32,000 nucleotides of DNA from Mycolicibacterium smegmatis (GTDB lineage Bacteria; Actinomycetota; Actinomycetes; Mycobacteriales; Mycobacteriaceae): NCBI RefSeq assembly GCF_001457595.1, contig NZ_LN831039.1, forward strand, positions 5,130,001 through 5,162,000, in the 5' to 3' direction. Below the pieces are notes generated by a model. It was not told where the DNA came from. It searched no databases and saw nothing but the letters and a program-made list of their open reading frames with translations. Shown one piece after another: positions 16,896 through 26,717 of the stretch; positions within the stretch are counted from its first letter, which is position 1, and every line of letters starts with the position of its first letter. The position numbers and the translations under genes were made by a program.

Positions 16896-17768
16896 TCATT
16901 GCCCGTCACGTTCGTTCCCGATCTGCTTGGCCAACTCGAATATGTCGTCGAGCATGTCCGGTGTGAGCCGTCCGGTGAAGGTGTTCTGCTGGCTGGGGTG
17001 GTAGCAGCCCAGCAGCGTGACGTCGCCGTATGCGGTGGTCAACGTCGCGGTCGCGCCGTGCCCGAACTTGGGCGCGGGTTTGGGGCGGTCGGCGATGAGT
17101 TCGAGCGCCGCACGCCACGCGAACCCGCCCAGCGCGACGATCACGGCGACCGACGGGCCCACCAGGCGCCACTCGGCGGCCAGCCACGGCGCGCACGTCG
17201 CACGCTCGGCCGGTTCCGGGGCGTTGCCGGGCGGGGCGCACCGCACGGCAGCCGCCATGCGGGTGTCGATCAGCCGCATGCCGTCGGCCGCGTCGACGCA
17301 CACGGCCTGGTTCGCCAGGCCCGCGCGGTGCAGCGCCGCGAACAGGAAGTCACCGGAGCGGTCGCCGGTGAACACGCGGCCGGTACGGTTGGCACCCTGC
17401 GCGGCGGGAGCCAGCCCGGCGATGAGGATGCGCGGCGCCTCGGGACCGAATCCGGTTGCGGGCCTGCCCCAGTACGGCTGATCGGCGAACGACTTGCGTT
17501 TGGTGACCGCGACCTCTTCACGCCATGCCACCAGCCGCGGGCAGGCCCGGCACACCGAGATCATCGCGTCGAGGTCGTCGAGCGTCTTGGCCGAGGCCGC
17601 CAGCCGGCGCACCTGCGCCGGGGTCTTGGCCACGGGGGTCGACGGTGTGGCCGGGTCACCGGGCCACCCCGTGCCCGGCGGCACCGGCGACGGGAACAGC
17701 TGACCGGTGCGCGGATGCGGCAGAAGTTGCGGTGACACCCGTCCACTGTGCCCGAAAATCGGTCCCAT
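16896..17768 (-). CDS. udgB: Family 5 uracil-DNA glycosylase (UdgB), Fe-S cluster type
   Basis: [17 protein letters not shown], the family-5 motif [26 protein letters not shown] and GCYHPSQQN. The start is uncertain: ATG at 17768 (290 aa), or GTG at 17738 or 17684. Confidence 0.85.
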   Translation of the reverse strand: MGPIFGHSGRVSPQLLPHPRTGQLFPSPVPPGTGWPGDPATPSTPVAKTPAQVRRLAASAKTLDDLDAMISVCRACPRLVAWREEVAVTKRKSFADQPYWGRPATGFGPEAPRILIAGLAPAAQGANRTGRVFTGDRSGDFLFAALHRAGLANQAVCVDAADGMRLIDTRMAAAVRCAPPGNAPEPAERATCAPWLAAEWRLVGPSVAVIVALGGFAWRAALELIADRPKPAPKFGHGATATLTTAYGDVTLLGCYHPSQQNTFTGRLTPDMLDDIFELAKQIGNERDGQ

Positions 17769-18824
17769 GATCACCACCAGGAGCGGCCCACTGCTGCTCA
17801 TCCTGTTCGCCGCGCTGATGGCCGGTGCGGGTAACGGCATCTCGATAGTCGCGTTCCCCTGGTTGGTGTTGCAGCGCAACGGATCCGCGGTCGACGCGTC
17901 GATCGTCGCGATGGCGGGCACGCTGCCACTGTTGGTCGCCACACTGATCGCCGGTGCCGCGGTCGACTATCTGGGCCGCAGGGGCCGATCAACGTCGCGG
18001 TGCTCGCGGTGCTCGCCGCTTTCGGTGCGTTCTTCGATCCGGCGGGGATGACGGCGCGCGAGACCATGCTGCCCGAGGCGGCCGGCCGCGCGGGGTGGAC
18101 GCTGGACCACGCCAACTCGGTGTACGAGGCGGTGTTCAACCTCGCCTACATCGTGGGCCCCGGCGTGGGAGGTCTGTTGATCGCCACGGTCGGGGGCATC
18201 AACACGATGTGGGTGACCGCGGCCGCGTTCGTGTGCTCGATCGTGGCGATCTCGGTGTTGCGGCTGGAGGGTGCTGGCAGGCCCGACCGGGCGCAGCTGC
18301 CCGAAGGCGTGTGGGCCGGTGTGGTCGAGGGACTGCAATTCGTCTGGCGCACACCGGTTCTGCGCACGCTGGCCATCGTGGACCTGGTGGCGACGGGCCT
18401 GTACATGCCGATGGAGAGTGTGCTGTTCCCCAAGTACTTCACCGACCGCGACCAACCCGTCGAACTGGGCTGGGTGCTGATGGCGCTGAGCATCGGCGGT
18501 CTGGTGGGCGCCCTCGGGTACGCGGTGCTGTCGAAATACGTGAGCCGGCGCGCCACGATGCTCACCGCGGTGCTCACCCTGGGCGTCGCGATGACCGTGA
18601 TCGCGTTCCTGCCGCCGCTGCCGTTGATCCTGGCGCTGTGCGCGGTGGTCGGCGTGATGGGATCGCTGGCCTACGCTGCGGGTCCGCTGGGGCTGATCCT
18701 GGCCGGTCCCCTGGCCGACGCGGCCGGTCTGCACGCGACGTTCCTGGCGTTGTCGGTGCCGATGCTGGTGCTGGGACTCGTCTCGGTCGGGATGCCCGCG
18801 CTTCGCGAACTGGACCGTGCCTAA
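17767..18824 (+). pseudogene. Tap/EntS-like MFS efflux transporter, disrupted by a frame change (probable pseudogene)
   Basis: The N-terminal 73 codons ([47 protein letters not shown]) are in frame 1. The remainder (INVAVLAVLAAFGAFFDPAG...PALRELDRA) continues in frame 0. The switch occurs at about 17976-17990 around a GGGG run (17981-17984). The total of about 352 codons is short for a 12-TM MFS. Confidence 0.6.
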
Positions 18825-19471
18825 ACCCGCACACGCGGCGGCGCGAACGCCTTCGCGAGGCGCCTGACGGCGCGGGCATCGCCGTCGATGGTCAGCAGGC
18901 CCGCTGCCACCAGGTTCTCGACCTGACCGGGATCCATGGCGGCCGCGAGCACCTCGGCCGCGCCGGTCAGGGTGACGTCCACGTCGGCCTCGTCGTCGAG
19001 GGATTCGACTGTGTGCTCGTTGATCTCGACGGCCGCCTGCCCTTCGGGTGTCACCATGCGCACCGTCACGGGCGGGCCGGTGCGGTCGTCGCGGACATAG
19101 GCGCGCACCGCGCGGACGAGCCATTCGGGCCGCACAGTCTCCTTGCGGTCGCGGTTCGCCAGCAGGTGGCGGCCCCAGCGCGCGAAGGCGTTGATGACGT
19201 CCTCGAGCGCACGGCCGTCGGCGGTGAGTGCGTAGACCGTGGTGGCCGAGGGCCTGGGCATGGCTCGTTTGTGAACCAGGTTGTTGGCCTCCAGATCCCG
19301 CAGACGACCGGCCAGCACATCGGTCGCGATGGGGCTCAGCGCGCTCAGCAGATCGCCGTAGCGGCGCGGGCCGTCGAGCAGTTCGCGGACCACCAGCAGG
19401 GTCCACCGGTCGCCGACCAGGTCAAGGCTCTTGGCCAGCGCGCAGTACTGACCGTACGAACGTGACGCCAT
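18821..19471 (-). CDS. HxlR-family winged-helix transcriptional regulator with C-terminal extension
   Basis: YCALAKSLDLVGDRWTLLVVRELLDGPRRYGDLLSAL..LAGRLRDLEANNLVHKR is the HxlR signature. 216 aa. Divergent from the 19548 operon. Confidence 0.85.
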   Translation of the reverse strand: MASRSYGQYCALAKSLDLVGDRWTLLVVRELLDGPRRYGDLLSALSPIATDVLAGRLRDLEANNLVHKRAMPRPSATTVYALTADGRALEDVINAFARWGRHLLANRDRKETVRPEWLVRAVRAYVRDDRTGPPVTVRMVTPEGQAAVEINEHTVESLDDEADVDVTLTGAAEVLAAAMDPGQVENLVAAGLLTIDGDARAVRRLAKAFAPPRVRV

Positions 19472-19490
19472 ACCACCACTTTAATAGCTG

Positions 19491-19528
19491 ATTGGTTTTT
19501 CCAATTTCGTACTTGTTTTTTCCAAGTA
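19491..19528. promoter_or_regulatory. Two related T-tract palindromes (ATTGG-T5-CCAAT and TACTTG-N7-CAAGTA), candidate HxlR operator pair
   Basis: Palindrome A spans 19491-19505 and palindrome B spans 19510-19528, with centres 21 bp apart. Both contain TTG-T(5-6)-CCAA. They sit in the only AT-rich patch of the 76-bp divergent intergenic region. Confidence 0.45.
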
Positions 19529-19547
19529 GCGGGTTTAGCGTCACGAC

Positions 19548-20234
19548 ATGACGCTCTCCGAACTCCTCGACGCGGCGACCGCGGAACTGCGGGCGTTCGC
19601 CGACGTGCTCGACGGCATCGAGCACCGACACCTGCCCACCCCATGCGCCGGATGGACCGTCCGCGACCTGGCGGCCCACGTGGCCGTCGGCGCCTACCGC
19701 AATGCCGAGGCCACCCACCGCGCCCGCATCGGATCCCTTTCGCCGCCAGGCGGACTCGAACTCGGCGACGCCGATCCCGTCACGGTCATCCGGCAGGCGA
19801 GCGACCACATGCACGCGGCGTTCGCCGCGACCGAGAACTGGCCGCCCATCCCCTTGCCGTTCGGCACCTACCCCGTCGACATCGCGCTGGGTTGCCTGAT
19901 CATCGAATACGGCACGCACCTGGCCGACCTGAAAGCCGCGGCCGGACTTGTCGATTCAGCACTGTCCGAGGCGACCAGAGCGGCCCTGTTCGACTTCGGC
20001 GAGCGGTACCTGCTGCTGCAGGCCGAACCGCTGGACAGCGACCCGGTCACCCTCACGCTCGCGGCGCCTGCGAAGACCATGTCGATCACCTGGACCGGCG
20101 ACGGTTGGGCCGAAGGCGCTCACTCCGACAATGAGCACCGCGTCGACGGCGACGACGAAACCATCGCGCGTCTGATGCTGCGCCGACTGCCCGACGAGGA
20201 CTCGCTGGTGGCCGCAGCGATCCGCCCGCTGTAG
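19548..20234 (+). CDS. Mycothiol-dependent maleylpyruvate-isomerase-like / DinB-fold protein (TIGR03083-like)
   Basis: The N-terminus LLDAATAELRAFADVLDGI..PTPCAGWTVRDLAAHVA is typical of the family. 228 aa. Confidence 0.75.
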   Translation: MTLSELLDAATAELRAFADVLDGIEHRHLPTPCAGWTVRDLAAHVAVGAYRNAEATHRARIGSLSPPGGLELGDADPVTVIRQASDHMHAAFAATENWPPIPLPFGTYPVDIALGCLIIEYGTHLADLKAAAGLVDSALSEATRAALFDFGERYLLLQAEPLDSDPVTLTLAAPAKTMSITWTGDGWAEGAHSDNEHRVDGDDETIARLMLRRLPDEDSLVAAAIRPL

Positions 20235-20244
20235 AGGAACGTCC

Positions 20245-20727
20245 ATGATCACAACCACTCTCGTCGGCATCGACGCGGTGCCCGCCTTCGAGCATTTGCT
20301 CGACATCCGCATCGCGTTCACCGACGTGCACATCTTCAACACGCCGACCGGCATGCGGCTGACCTACGTCATCGACCACGGCCGCTGCGTCGGCCCGCGC
20401 ATCGCCGCGGACGTGCTGCCCGGCGGCGGGGACTGGGTGGTGTTCGGCTCCGACCGGGTCGCTCGACTGGACGTGCGCGCCACGCTGCGCACCGACGACG
20501 GCGCACTGATCCACCTCACCAACACCGGCCGCGTCCAGATGGACAAGCAGGCCTCCGACCGGTTGATGGCCGGTGAACTCATCGGCCACGAACAGATGCA
20601 CGCGCGGTCCAGTCCGCTGTTCGAGACCGACGACGAGCGGTACCGCTGGCTCAATGCCACCCACACCGTGGCGCTTCACCAGCTGTCTCTTTCTGAGGTG
20701 CAGTATCGGGTCTTCGCCGTGCGGTGA
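20245..20727 (+). CDS. DUF3237 (UPF0311) family protein
   Basis: GMRLTYVIDHGRCVGPRIAADVLPGGGDWVVFGSDRVARLDVRATLRTDDGALIHLTNTGRV matches the DUF3237 pattern (G.V.PGG.DW...R.DG...LDVR..L.TDDGA.I). 160 aa. Confidence 0.7.
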   Translation: MITTTLVGIDAVPAFEHLLDIRIAFTDVHIFNTPTGMRLTYVIDHGRCVGPRIAADVLPGGGDWVVFGSDRVARLDVRATLRTDDGALIHLTNTGRVQMDKQASDRLMAGELIGHEQMHARSSPLFETDDERYRWLNATHTVALHQLSLSEVQYRVFAVR

Positions 20728-20745
20728 ACCTCGTAGCATCGAACC

Positions 20746-22109
<1,364 letters not shown>

Positions 22110-22113
<4 letters not shown>

Positions 22114-22979
22114 CCTGCGCCGAGCAGGAACAGCAGCCGGTCTGTTCGCCAGAAGATCAGTGCGGCGAACAGCATCGCGAACGCGACCGTCACCCCTGCC
22201 GCGGTGGCGGTGCGCCGCTCGCGTGGGGCATACACGAACGCCGATGCCACCAGCGCACCCGTGACCAGGCCGCCGATGTGGCCCTGCCAGCTGATCGCGG
22301 TTCCCAAAGCGGGGCCGACGAACGTGAACACCAGGTTGATCACGACGATCACGCCGATCGCGCGCACGTCGAGGTTGAGGTGGCGGGCCACCACGAAGAT
22401 CGCGCCGAACAGGCCGAAGATGGCGCCCGACGCGCCTGCCGTCGCGGAGTTCAACGGCGAGAGCATGTACACCAGCACCGAGCCGCCGAGTCCGCTCAGT
22501 GCGTACAGCACGCCGAATCGCGTCAGCCCCAACCATTTTTCGAGGGGCGGGCCCACGACGTAGAGCGCCCACATGTTGAACAGCAGGTGCATCGCGCCGT
22601 AGTGCAGGAACATCGACGTGACCAGCCGGTAGTACTCGTCGTGCAGCGCGAGCGCCGGCGGCCACAGCGTCAGCCGCGATTCCAGGTCGCCTCCGGCGAT
22701 CTGCAGCACGAACATCAGCACGTTGACCGCGATGAGCGTGTAGGTGAGCACCGGGGCACCCTCGCGGACCTTGCCGCCGAACCGGGTGCGCGGCTCCGGC
22801 ACCGTGCGTGCGGCCGCGTTGACGCAGTCCACGCACTGGTGGCCGACGGCGGCCGTGCGCATGCACTCCGGGCAGATGAAGCGGTGGCAACGCGTGCAGC
22901 TGACGTAGGTCGGCCGGTCCGGATGCCGATAACACGTCGGGACCTGCGCAGGCGGTGGCGGCGGGTACGGGGTGCTCAC
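22110..22979 (-). CDS. Rhomboid-family intramembrane serine protease with N-terminal cytoplasmic Cys/His zinc-ribbon
   Basis: Catalytic GASGAIFGLFGA and downstream GHIGGLVTG. HxxxN-type motif (FLHYGAMHLLFNMWAL). N-terminal CYRHPDRPTYVSCTRCHRFICPECMRTAAVGHQCVDC. I prefer the GTG at 22979 because the TTG at 23000 is followed by rare ACT/AGG codons. Confidence 0.85.
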
Positions 22980-23007
22980 CGCGCCGAGCCTAGTGCGCAA
23001 CGTGGCA

Positions 23008-23038
23008 TTGACACATCAGTGGCCTGTGTCATACGAAT
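23008..23038 (+). promoter_or_regulatory. Candidate cyp130 promoter (TTGACA -35, TACGAA(T) -10-like) overlapped by inverted repeat GACACA-N9-TGTGTC
   Basis: TTGACA is at 23008-23013 and the inverted repeat spans 23010-23030. The -10-like box at 23032-23038 ends about 6 nt before the ATG at 23044, implying a leaderless mRNA. The co-transcribed TetR gene is a plausible binder of the repeat. Confidence 0.35.
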
Positions 23039-23043
23039 AAGAC

Positions 23044-24264
23044 ATGGGAGCTGATTTGTCTCACCCGGCCGTCGCGTTCGAGCTCGCGAACGCCGACACA
23101 TGGGCCGACCCGTGGGACATGTACACCGCGCTGCGCGACCACGATCCCGTGCACCACGTCGTCCCGCCCGAACGCCCGCACCACGACTACTTCGTGCTGA
23201 GCCGCCACGCCGACATCTGGGCCGCCGCGCGCGATCACGAGACGTACTCGTCGGCGCAGGGGCTCACGGTCAACTACGGCGAGCTGGAGCTGATCGGCCT
23301 CGCGGACAATCCGCCGTTCGTCATGCAGGACCCGCCCACGCACACCGAGTTCCGCAAGCTCGTGTCGCGCGGGTTCACCCCGCGTCAGGTCGAGGCCGTC
23401 GAGCCGCAAGTCCGCGAGTTCGTGGTGGAACGTCTCGAACGGTTGCGCGCCGAAGGCGGCGGCGACATCGTCGCCGAATTGTTCAAGCCGTTGCCGTCGA
23501 TGGTGGTCGCGCACTACCTGGGCGTGCCCGAGGCCGACCGTGCGCAGTTCGACGGCTGGACCGAGGCCATCGTCGCGGCCAACAGCGAGGCGGGCTCGGC
23601 CCTGGGCGCCGGTGACGCGGTGATGTCGATGACGGGTTACTTCGCCGAGCTCATCGAGCGGCGCCGCCGCGAACCGGGCGACGACACCATCTCGCATCTG
23701 GTGGCCGCCGGTGCCGACGATGAGGCGGTGGACGTGCTGTCCATCCTCGCGTTCACGTTCACGATGGTCACCGGCGGCAACGACACCACCACCGGAATGC
23801 TCGGCGGCGCAGTACAACTGCTGCAGCAGCATCCCGATCAGCGGCGTGTGCTCACCGACGATCCGGATCTGATCCCCGACGCCGTCGACGAGTTCCTGCG
23901 GCTCACCTCCCCCGTTCAGGGCCTGGCGCGCACCGCCACACGCGACGTCACGATCGGTGACACCACGATCCCGGCCGGGCGCAAGGTGTTGCTGCTGTAC
24001 GGCTCGGGCAACCGGGACGAGCGCGAATTCGGCCCGGACGCCGCCCAACTCGACGTCCGCCGCAGGCCACGCAACATCCTGACGTTCAGCCACGGCGCAC
24101 ATTTCTGCCTCGGTGCGGCCGCCGCGCGCATGCAGTCGCGGGTGGCGCTGACCGAACTGCTCACGCGCTGCCCGGATTTCACGGTCGACCTCGACGCCGT
24201 GGTGTGGGCGGGCGGCAGCTACGTGCGTCGCCCGCTTTCGGTGCCGTTCCGAGCCGGTGCGTGA
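23044..24264 (+). CDS. cyp130: Cytochrome P450 (CYP130-like by neighbourhood)
   Basis: 406 aa. ExxR (DEFLRLTSP) and the heme-binding loop FSHGAHFCLGAAAAR. It is followed by a 1-nt-overlapping TetR gene, as recalled for M. tuberculosis cyp130/Rv1255c. Confidence 0.85.
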   Translation: MGADLSHPAVAFELANADTWADPWDMYTALRDHDPVHHVVPPERPHHDYFVLSRHADIWAAARDHETYSSAQGLTVNYGELELIGLADNPPFVMQDPPTHTEFRKLVSRGFTPRQVEAVEPQVREFVVERLERLRAEGGGDIVAELFKPLPSMVVAHYLGVPEADRAQFDGWTEAIVAANSEAGSALGAGDAVMSMTGYFAELIERRRREPGDDTISHLVAAGADDEAVDVLSILAFTFTMVTGGNDTTTGMLGGAVQLLQQHPDQRRVLTDDPDLIPDAVDEFLRLTSPVQGLARTATRDVTIGDTTIPAGRKVLLLYGSGNRDEREFGPDAAQLDVRRRPRNILTFSHGAHFCLGAAAARMQSRVALTELLTRCPDFTVDLDAVVWAGGSYVRRPLSVPFRAGA

Positions 24265-24851
24265 TGGCGGACTGGCTGGCCGGGCGGCGCGGCGAGGTGG
24301 CGGCCGATCTGATCCTCGACGCGGCCGACGCACTGTTCGCGCGTAAGGACGCCGCGACCGTCGGCATGCACGAGATCGCCGCTGCCGCAGGATGTTCACG
24401 CGCGACGCTGTACCGGTACTTCGAGAACCGCGACGCCCTCTACACCGCCTACGTGCACCGCGAGGCACGTCGCGTCTACCAGGAGGTCAGCGATCAGGTT
24501 GTCGGCATCGGCGATCCGGCCGAGCGGCTCATGGAGGGCGTGATCACCGCGCTGCGGGCCGTGCGGTGCAGTCCGGCGCTGTCGTCGTGGTTCGCCGCAA
24601 CCCAACGCCCGATCGGCGGCGAGATGGCCGAGCATTCCGAGGTGATCCGCGCGCTCGTCGAAGGGTTCGTGCGCTCTCTGGGCTCCCCCACCGACGCAGA
24701 CGACGACGCCGCTGTGGGCCGCCGGGCGCGGTGGCTCGTGCGGGTCATGGTGTCGCTGCTGGTGTTTCCCGGAGTCGACGAGGCCGACGAGCGCACGATG
24801 CTGGCCGATTTCGTCGCACCGCTGGTGGTGGGCGCTCAGGCCGCCCAGTAG
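24264..24851 (+). CDS. TetR-family transcriptional regulator
   Basis: The ATG at 24264 overlaps the P450 TGA (TGATG). HTH: VGMHEIAAAAGCSRATLYRYFENRDALY. 195 aa. Confidence 0.85.
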   Translation: MADWLAGRRGEVAADLILDAADALFARKDAATVGMHEIAAAAGCSRATLYRYFENRDALYTAYVHREARRVYQEVSDQVVGIGDPAERLMEGVITALRAVRCSPALSSWFAATQRPIGGEMAEHSEVIRALVEGFVRSLGSPTDADDDAAVGRRARWLVRVMVSLLVFPGVDEADERTMLADFVAPLVVGAQAAQ

Positions 24852-25513
24852 GCCTGCGCCTTTATCGAGCGGCGCGGGATGCCGTACCGCTCGCGGAACA
24901 CACGGGCGACCGCGCGCGTCGTGCGGTTGTTGCACGCGACCCAGCCGAAGTGGCCGGCGGCGTCGAACGCCGATGATTCCACAGCCCGCACCAGATCCTC
25001 GTCGTCGCCGGCCACCCACGTGAGGTCGACGTCGCCCGCGACCGGCAGGTCACGGTCGTCGTCGTGGCGGGCCTCGAGGAACACCCGTGCGGGAATGTCG
25101 TCGTCGATGGCTTCGAGCAACGTGTTGATCGCGGGCAGTGACGCGGTGTCTCCGACGATCACGTAGCCGGCCGGACGCGGCTGCGGCAACTGGAAGTCGC
25201 CGCCGGGCACCGTCACCTGCAGGACGTCACCGGCCTTCGCGGCAGCGGCCCAACGGCTGGCCGGGCCCTCGTGCATCGCGAAGTCGATGTCGACCGTGCC
25301 CGCCGCGACGTCGGCGTTGAGCAGTGCGTAACCGCGCTGGTGCAGCTGCTGTCCGTCGGGGAACCAGCCGCGTACGCACATCGTCGGCTGCAGGCGCCGC
25401 TCGGCGAGCAGGGCCGGGGCCGAGAAGTGCAGACGCAGGTAGTGGCGTGTGAGCTCGGTCCGTCCGGTCACCGTCAACTCGTAGTCGCCGCCGAGCCACG
25501 ACCGCTGTTCCAT
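24836..25513 (-). CDS. Siderophore-interacting protein (SIP/ViuB-type FAD-dependent ferric-siderophore reductase)
   Basis: 225 aa. FAD-binding_9 pattern (LHQRGYALL = RxYT/S-like; ASRWAAAAKAGDVLQV) and an NAD-binding part (YVIVGDTASLPAINTLLE, VACNNRTTRAVARVFRE). Its 3' end overlaps the TetR 3' end by 16 nt. Confidence 0.85.
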   Translation of the reverse strand: MEQRSWLGGDYELTVTGRTELTRHYLRLHFSAPALLAERRLQPTMCVRGWFPDGQQLHQRGYALLNADVAAGTVDIDFAMHEGPASRWAAAAKAGDVLQVTVPGGDFQLPQPRPAGYVIVGDTASLPAINTLLEAIDDDIPARVFLEARHDDDRDLPVAGDVDLTWVAGDDEDLVRAVESSAFDAAGHFGWVACNNRTTRAVARVFRERYGIPRRSIKAQAYWAA

Positions 25514-25540
25514 CTCCTGTCACCCCTTCAAGACGCTTAC

Positions 25541-25559
25541 TAAGGTAAGCGTACCCTTA
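25541..25559. promoter_or_regulatory. IdeR iron-box-like site (TAAGGTAAGCGTACCCTTA)
   Basis: 17 of 19 positions match the recalled IdeR consensus TWAGGTWAGSCTWACCTWA, with mismatches at positions 11 and 14. The site lies 28-46 bp upstream of the SIP start codon (25513). It overlaps a perfect 8-bp inverted repeat, ACGCTTAC-TAAG-GTAAGCGT (25533-25552). Confidence 0.6.
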
Positions 25560-25568
25560 CCCACAAGA

Positions 25569-26717
25569 TCAGGAGCGGACGCGCGTGAACCTGTGCAGCA
25601 GCCACGAGGCCGGGATGGTGAACGCCATCGTCAGCACGAAAAGGTTGAACATCGAACCCGTGTAGACCGGCGACTGCAGGATCTCCACCATCACCAGTTC
25701 CATGATGATCAGGTGGATCAGGAAGATCTCGTAGGAGATCTCGCCAAGGAACACCATCGGCCGGCTCGCGAGAAACCGCGTGTACCAGCCCCGGTCCCCC
25801 AGCGCGGGCGGCGCCACCAGCAGCGCCGCGATCACCGCGTAGAACGCGGTCTTGAACAGGGCCTCACTGAGCTTGGCGGGTGACGTCGTGGGCTCGCCGG
25901 CGATCGGCGTCGACGCGATGAAGTAACACACCAGCGCCAGCGGCACACACACCATCGCGTAGCCGCGCACCTTCAACTGGCCCAGCACCGCGAGCATCAT
26001 GCCCGCCACGAACCACGCCAGATACGTCGGCAACCACAGGCGCGCGCCGTCGGGCAGATCGGCGCCGTGATGGTGCACGATCACCAGCCACACCGGCGAC
26101 ACCGCGGCCGCGACCACCAGGCCCGTCATCAGCAGACCCGGACGCCACCGCCGCCGGCACAGCAGCACCAGCAGCACATAGGCCAAAAGCGGCAGCACCA
26201 CGTAGAACGCGGCCTCCACGGCCAGGCTCCACATCTGCGTCAGCCCCTGGTGCAGGAACGAGTACAGGTAGTTGTCCGCATAGATCTGCGTCAGCGTGAG
26301 ATTGCGGAACAAGCCCTCCCACGTGTGCCCGGGATTCGGGCCCGCCGTGCGGAAGTGGTAGACGAGGTAGGCGATCAGCACCGTGACGACGTACGCGGGC
26401 ATGATGCGCCGCACCCGGTGCCACGCGTAGCGGCGCACCGACGGGGCGGGCGCACCCGTGGCGGCGGCCTTGACCCACGGCCGGAACAACAGGAACCCGC
26501 TGAGCACGAAGAAGATCGGCACGCCGATCTCGGCGCGCGACCACACCAGGCCCAGATAGCCCTGCGGGTACTTGCCCGTCGTGTACGCCGCGTGCGTCAG
26601 CACCACGAGCAGCGCAGCCAGCGCGCGGATCCCGGTGAGGGAACCCACGCGCTCAGGAGCGCCAACCGACTCCAGCCCGCCCTGCGCGGGATCCTGAACA
26701 CTGCCCGAAAGCGTCAC
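25569..26717 (-). CDS. Acyltransferase family 3 integral membrane protein (Rv1254-like)
   Basis: 382 aa, multi-TM. GIRALAALLVVLTHA.. is the typical acyltransferase_3 N-terminus. The GTG start overlaps the deaD stop (GTGA). Confidence 0.85.
   Translation of the reverse strand: MTLSGSVQDPAQGGLESVGAPERVGSLTGIRALAALLVVLTHAAYTTGKYPQGYLGLVWSRAEIGVPIFFVLSGFLLFRPWVKAAATGAPAPSVRRYAWHRVRRIMPAYVVTVLIAYLVYHFRTAGPNPGHTWEGLFRNLTLTQIYADNYLYSFLHQGLTQMWSLAVEAAFYVVLPLLAYVLLVLLCRRRWRPGLLMTGLVVAAAVSPVWLVIVHHHGADLPDGARLWLPTYLAWFVAGMMLAVLGQLKVRGYAMVCVPLALVCYFIASTPIAGEPTTSPAKLSEALFKTAFYAVIAALLVAPPALGDRGWYTRFLASRPMVFLGEISYEIFLIHLIIMELVMVEILQSPVYTGSMFNLFVLTMAFTIPASWLLHRFTRVRS

Noticed and set aside
17954-19465. 503-aa (+) and 479-aa (-, 17967-19406) ORFs across the MFS and HxlR genes
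   Set aside because: Both are Arg/Gly/Pro-rich nonsense-like translations. The MFS frame (hydrophobic TM pattern) and the HxlR frame explain the region.
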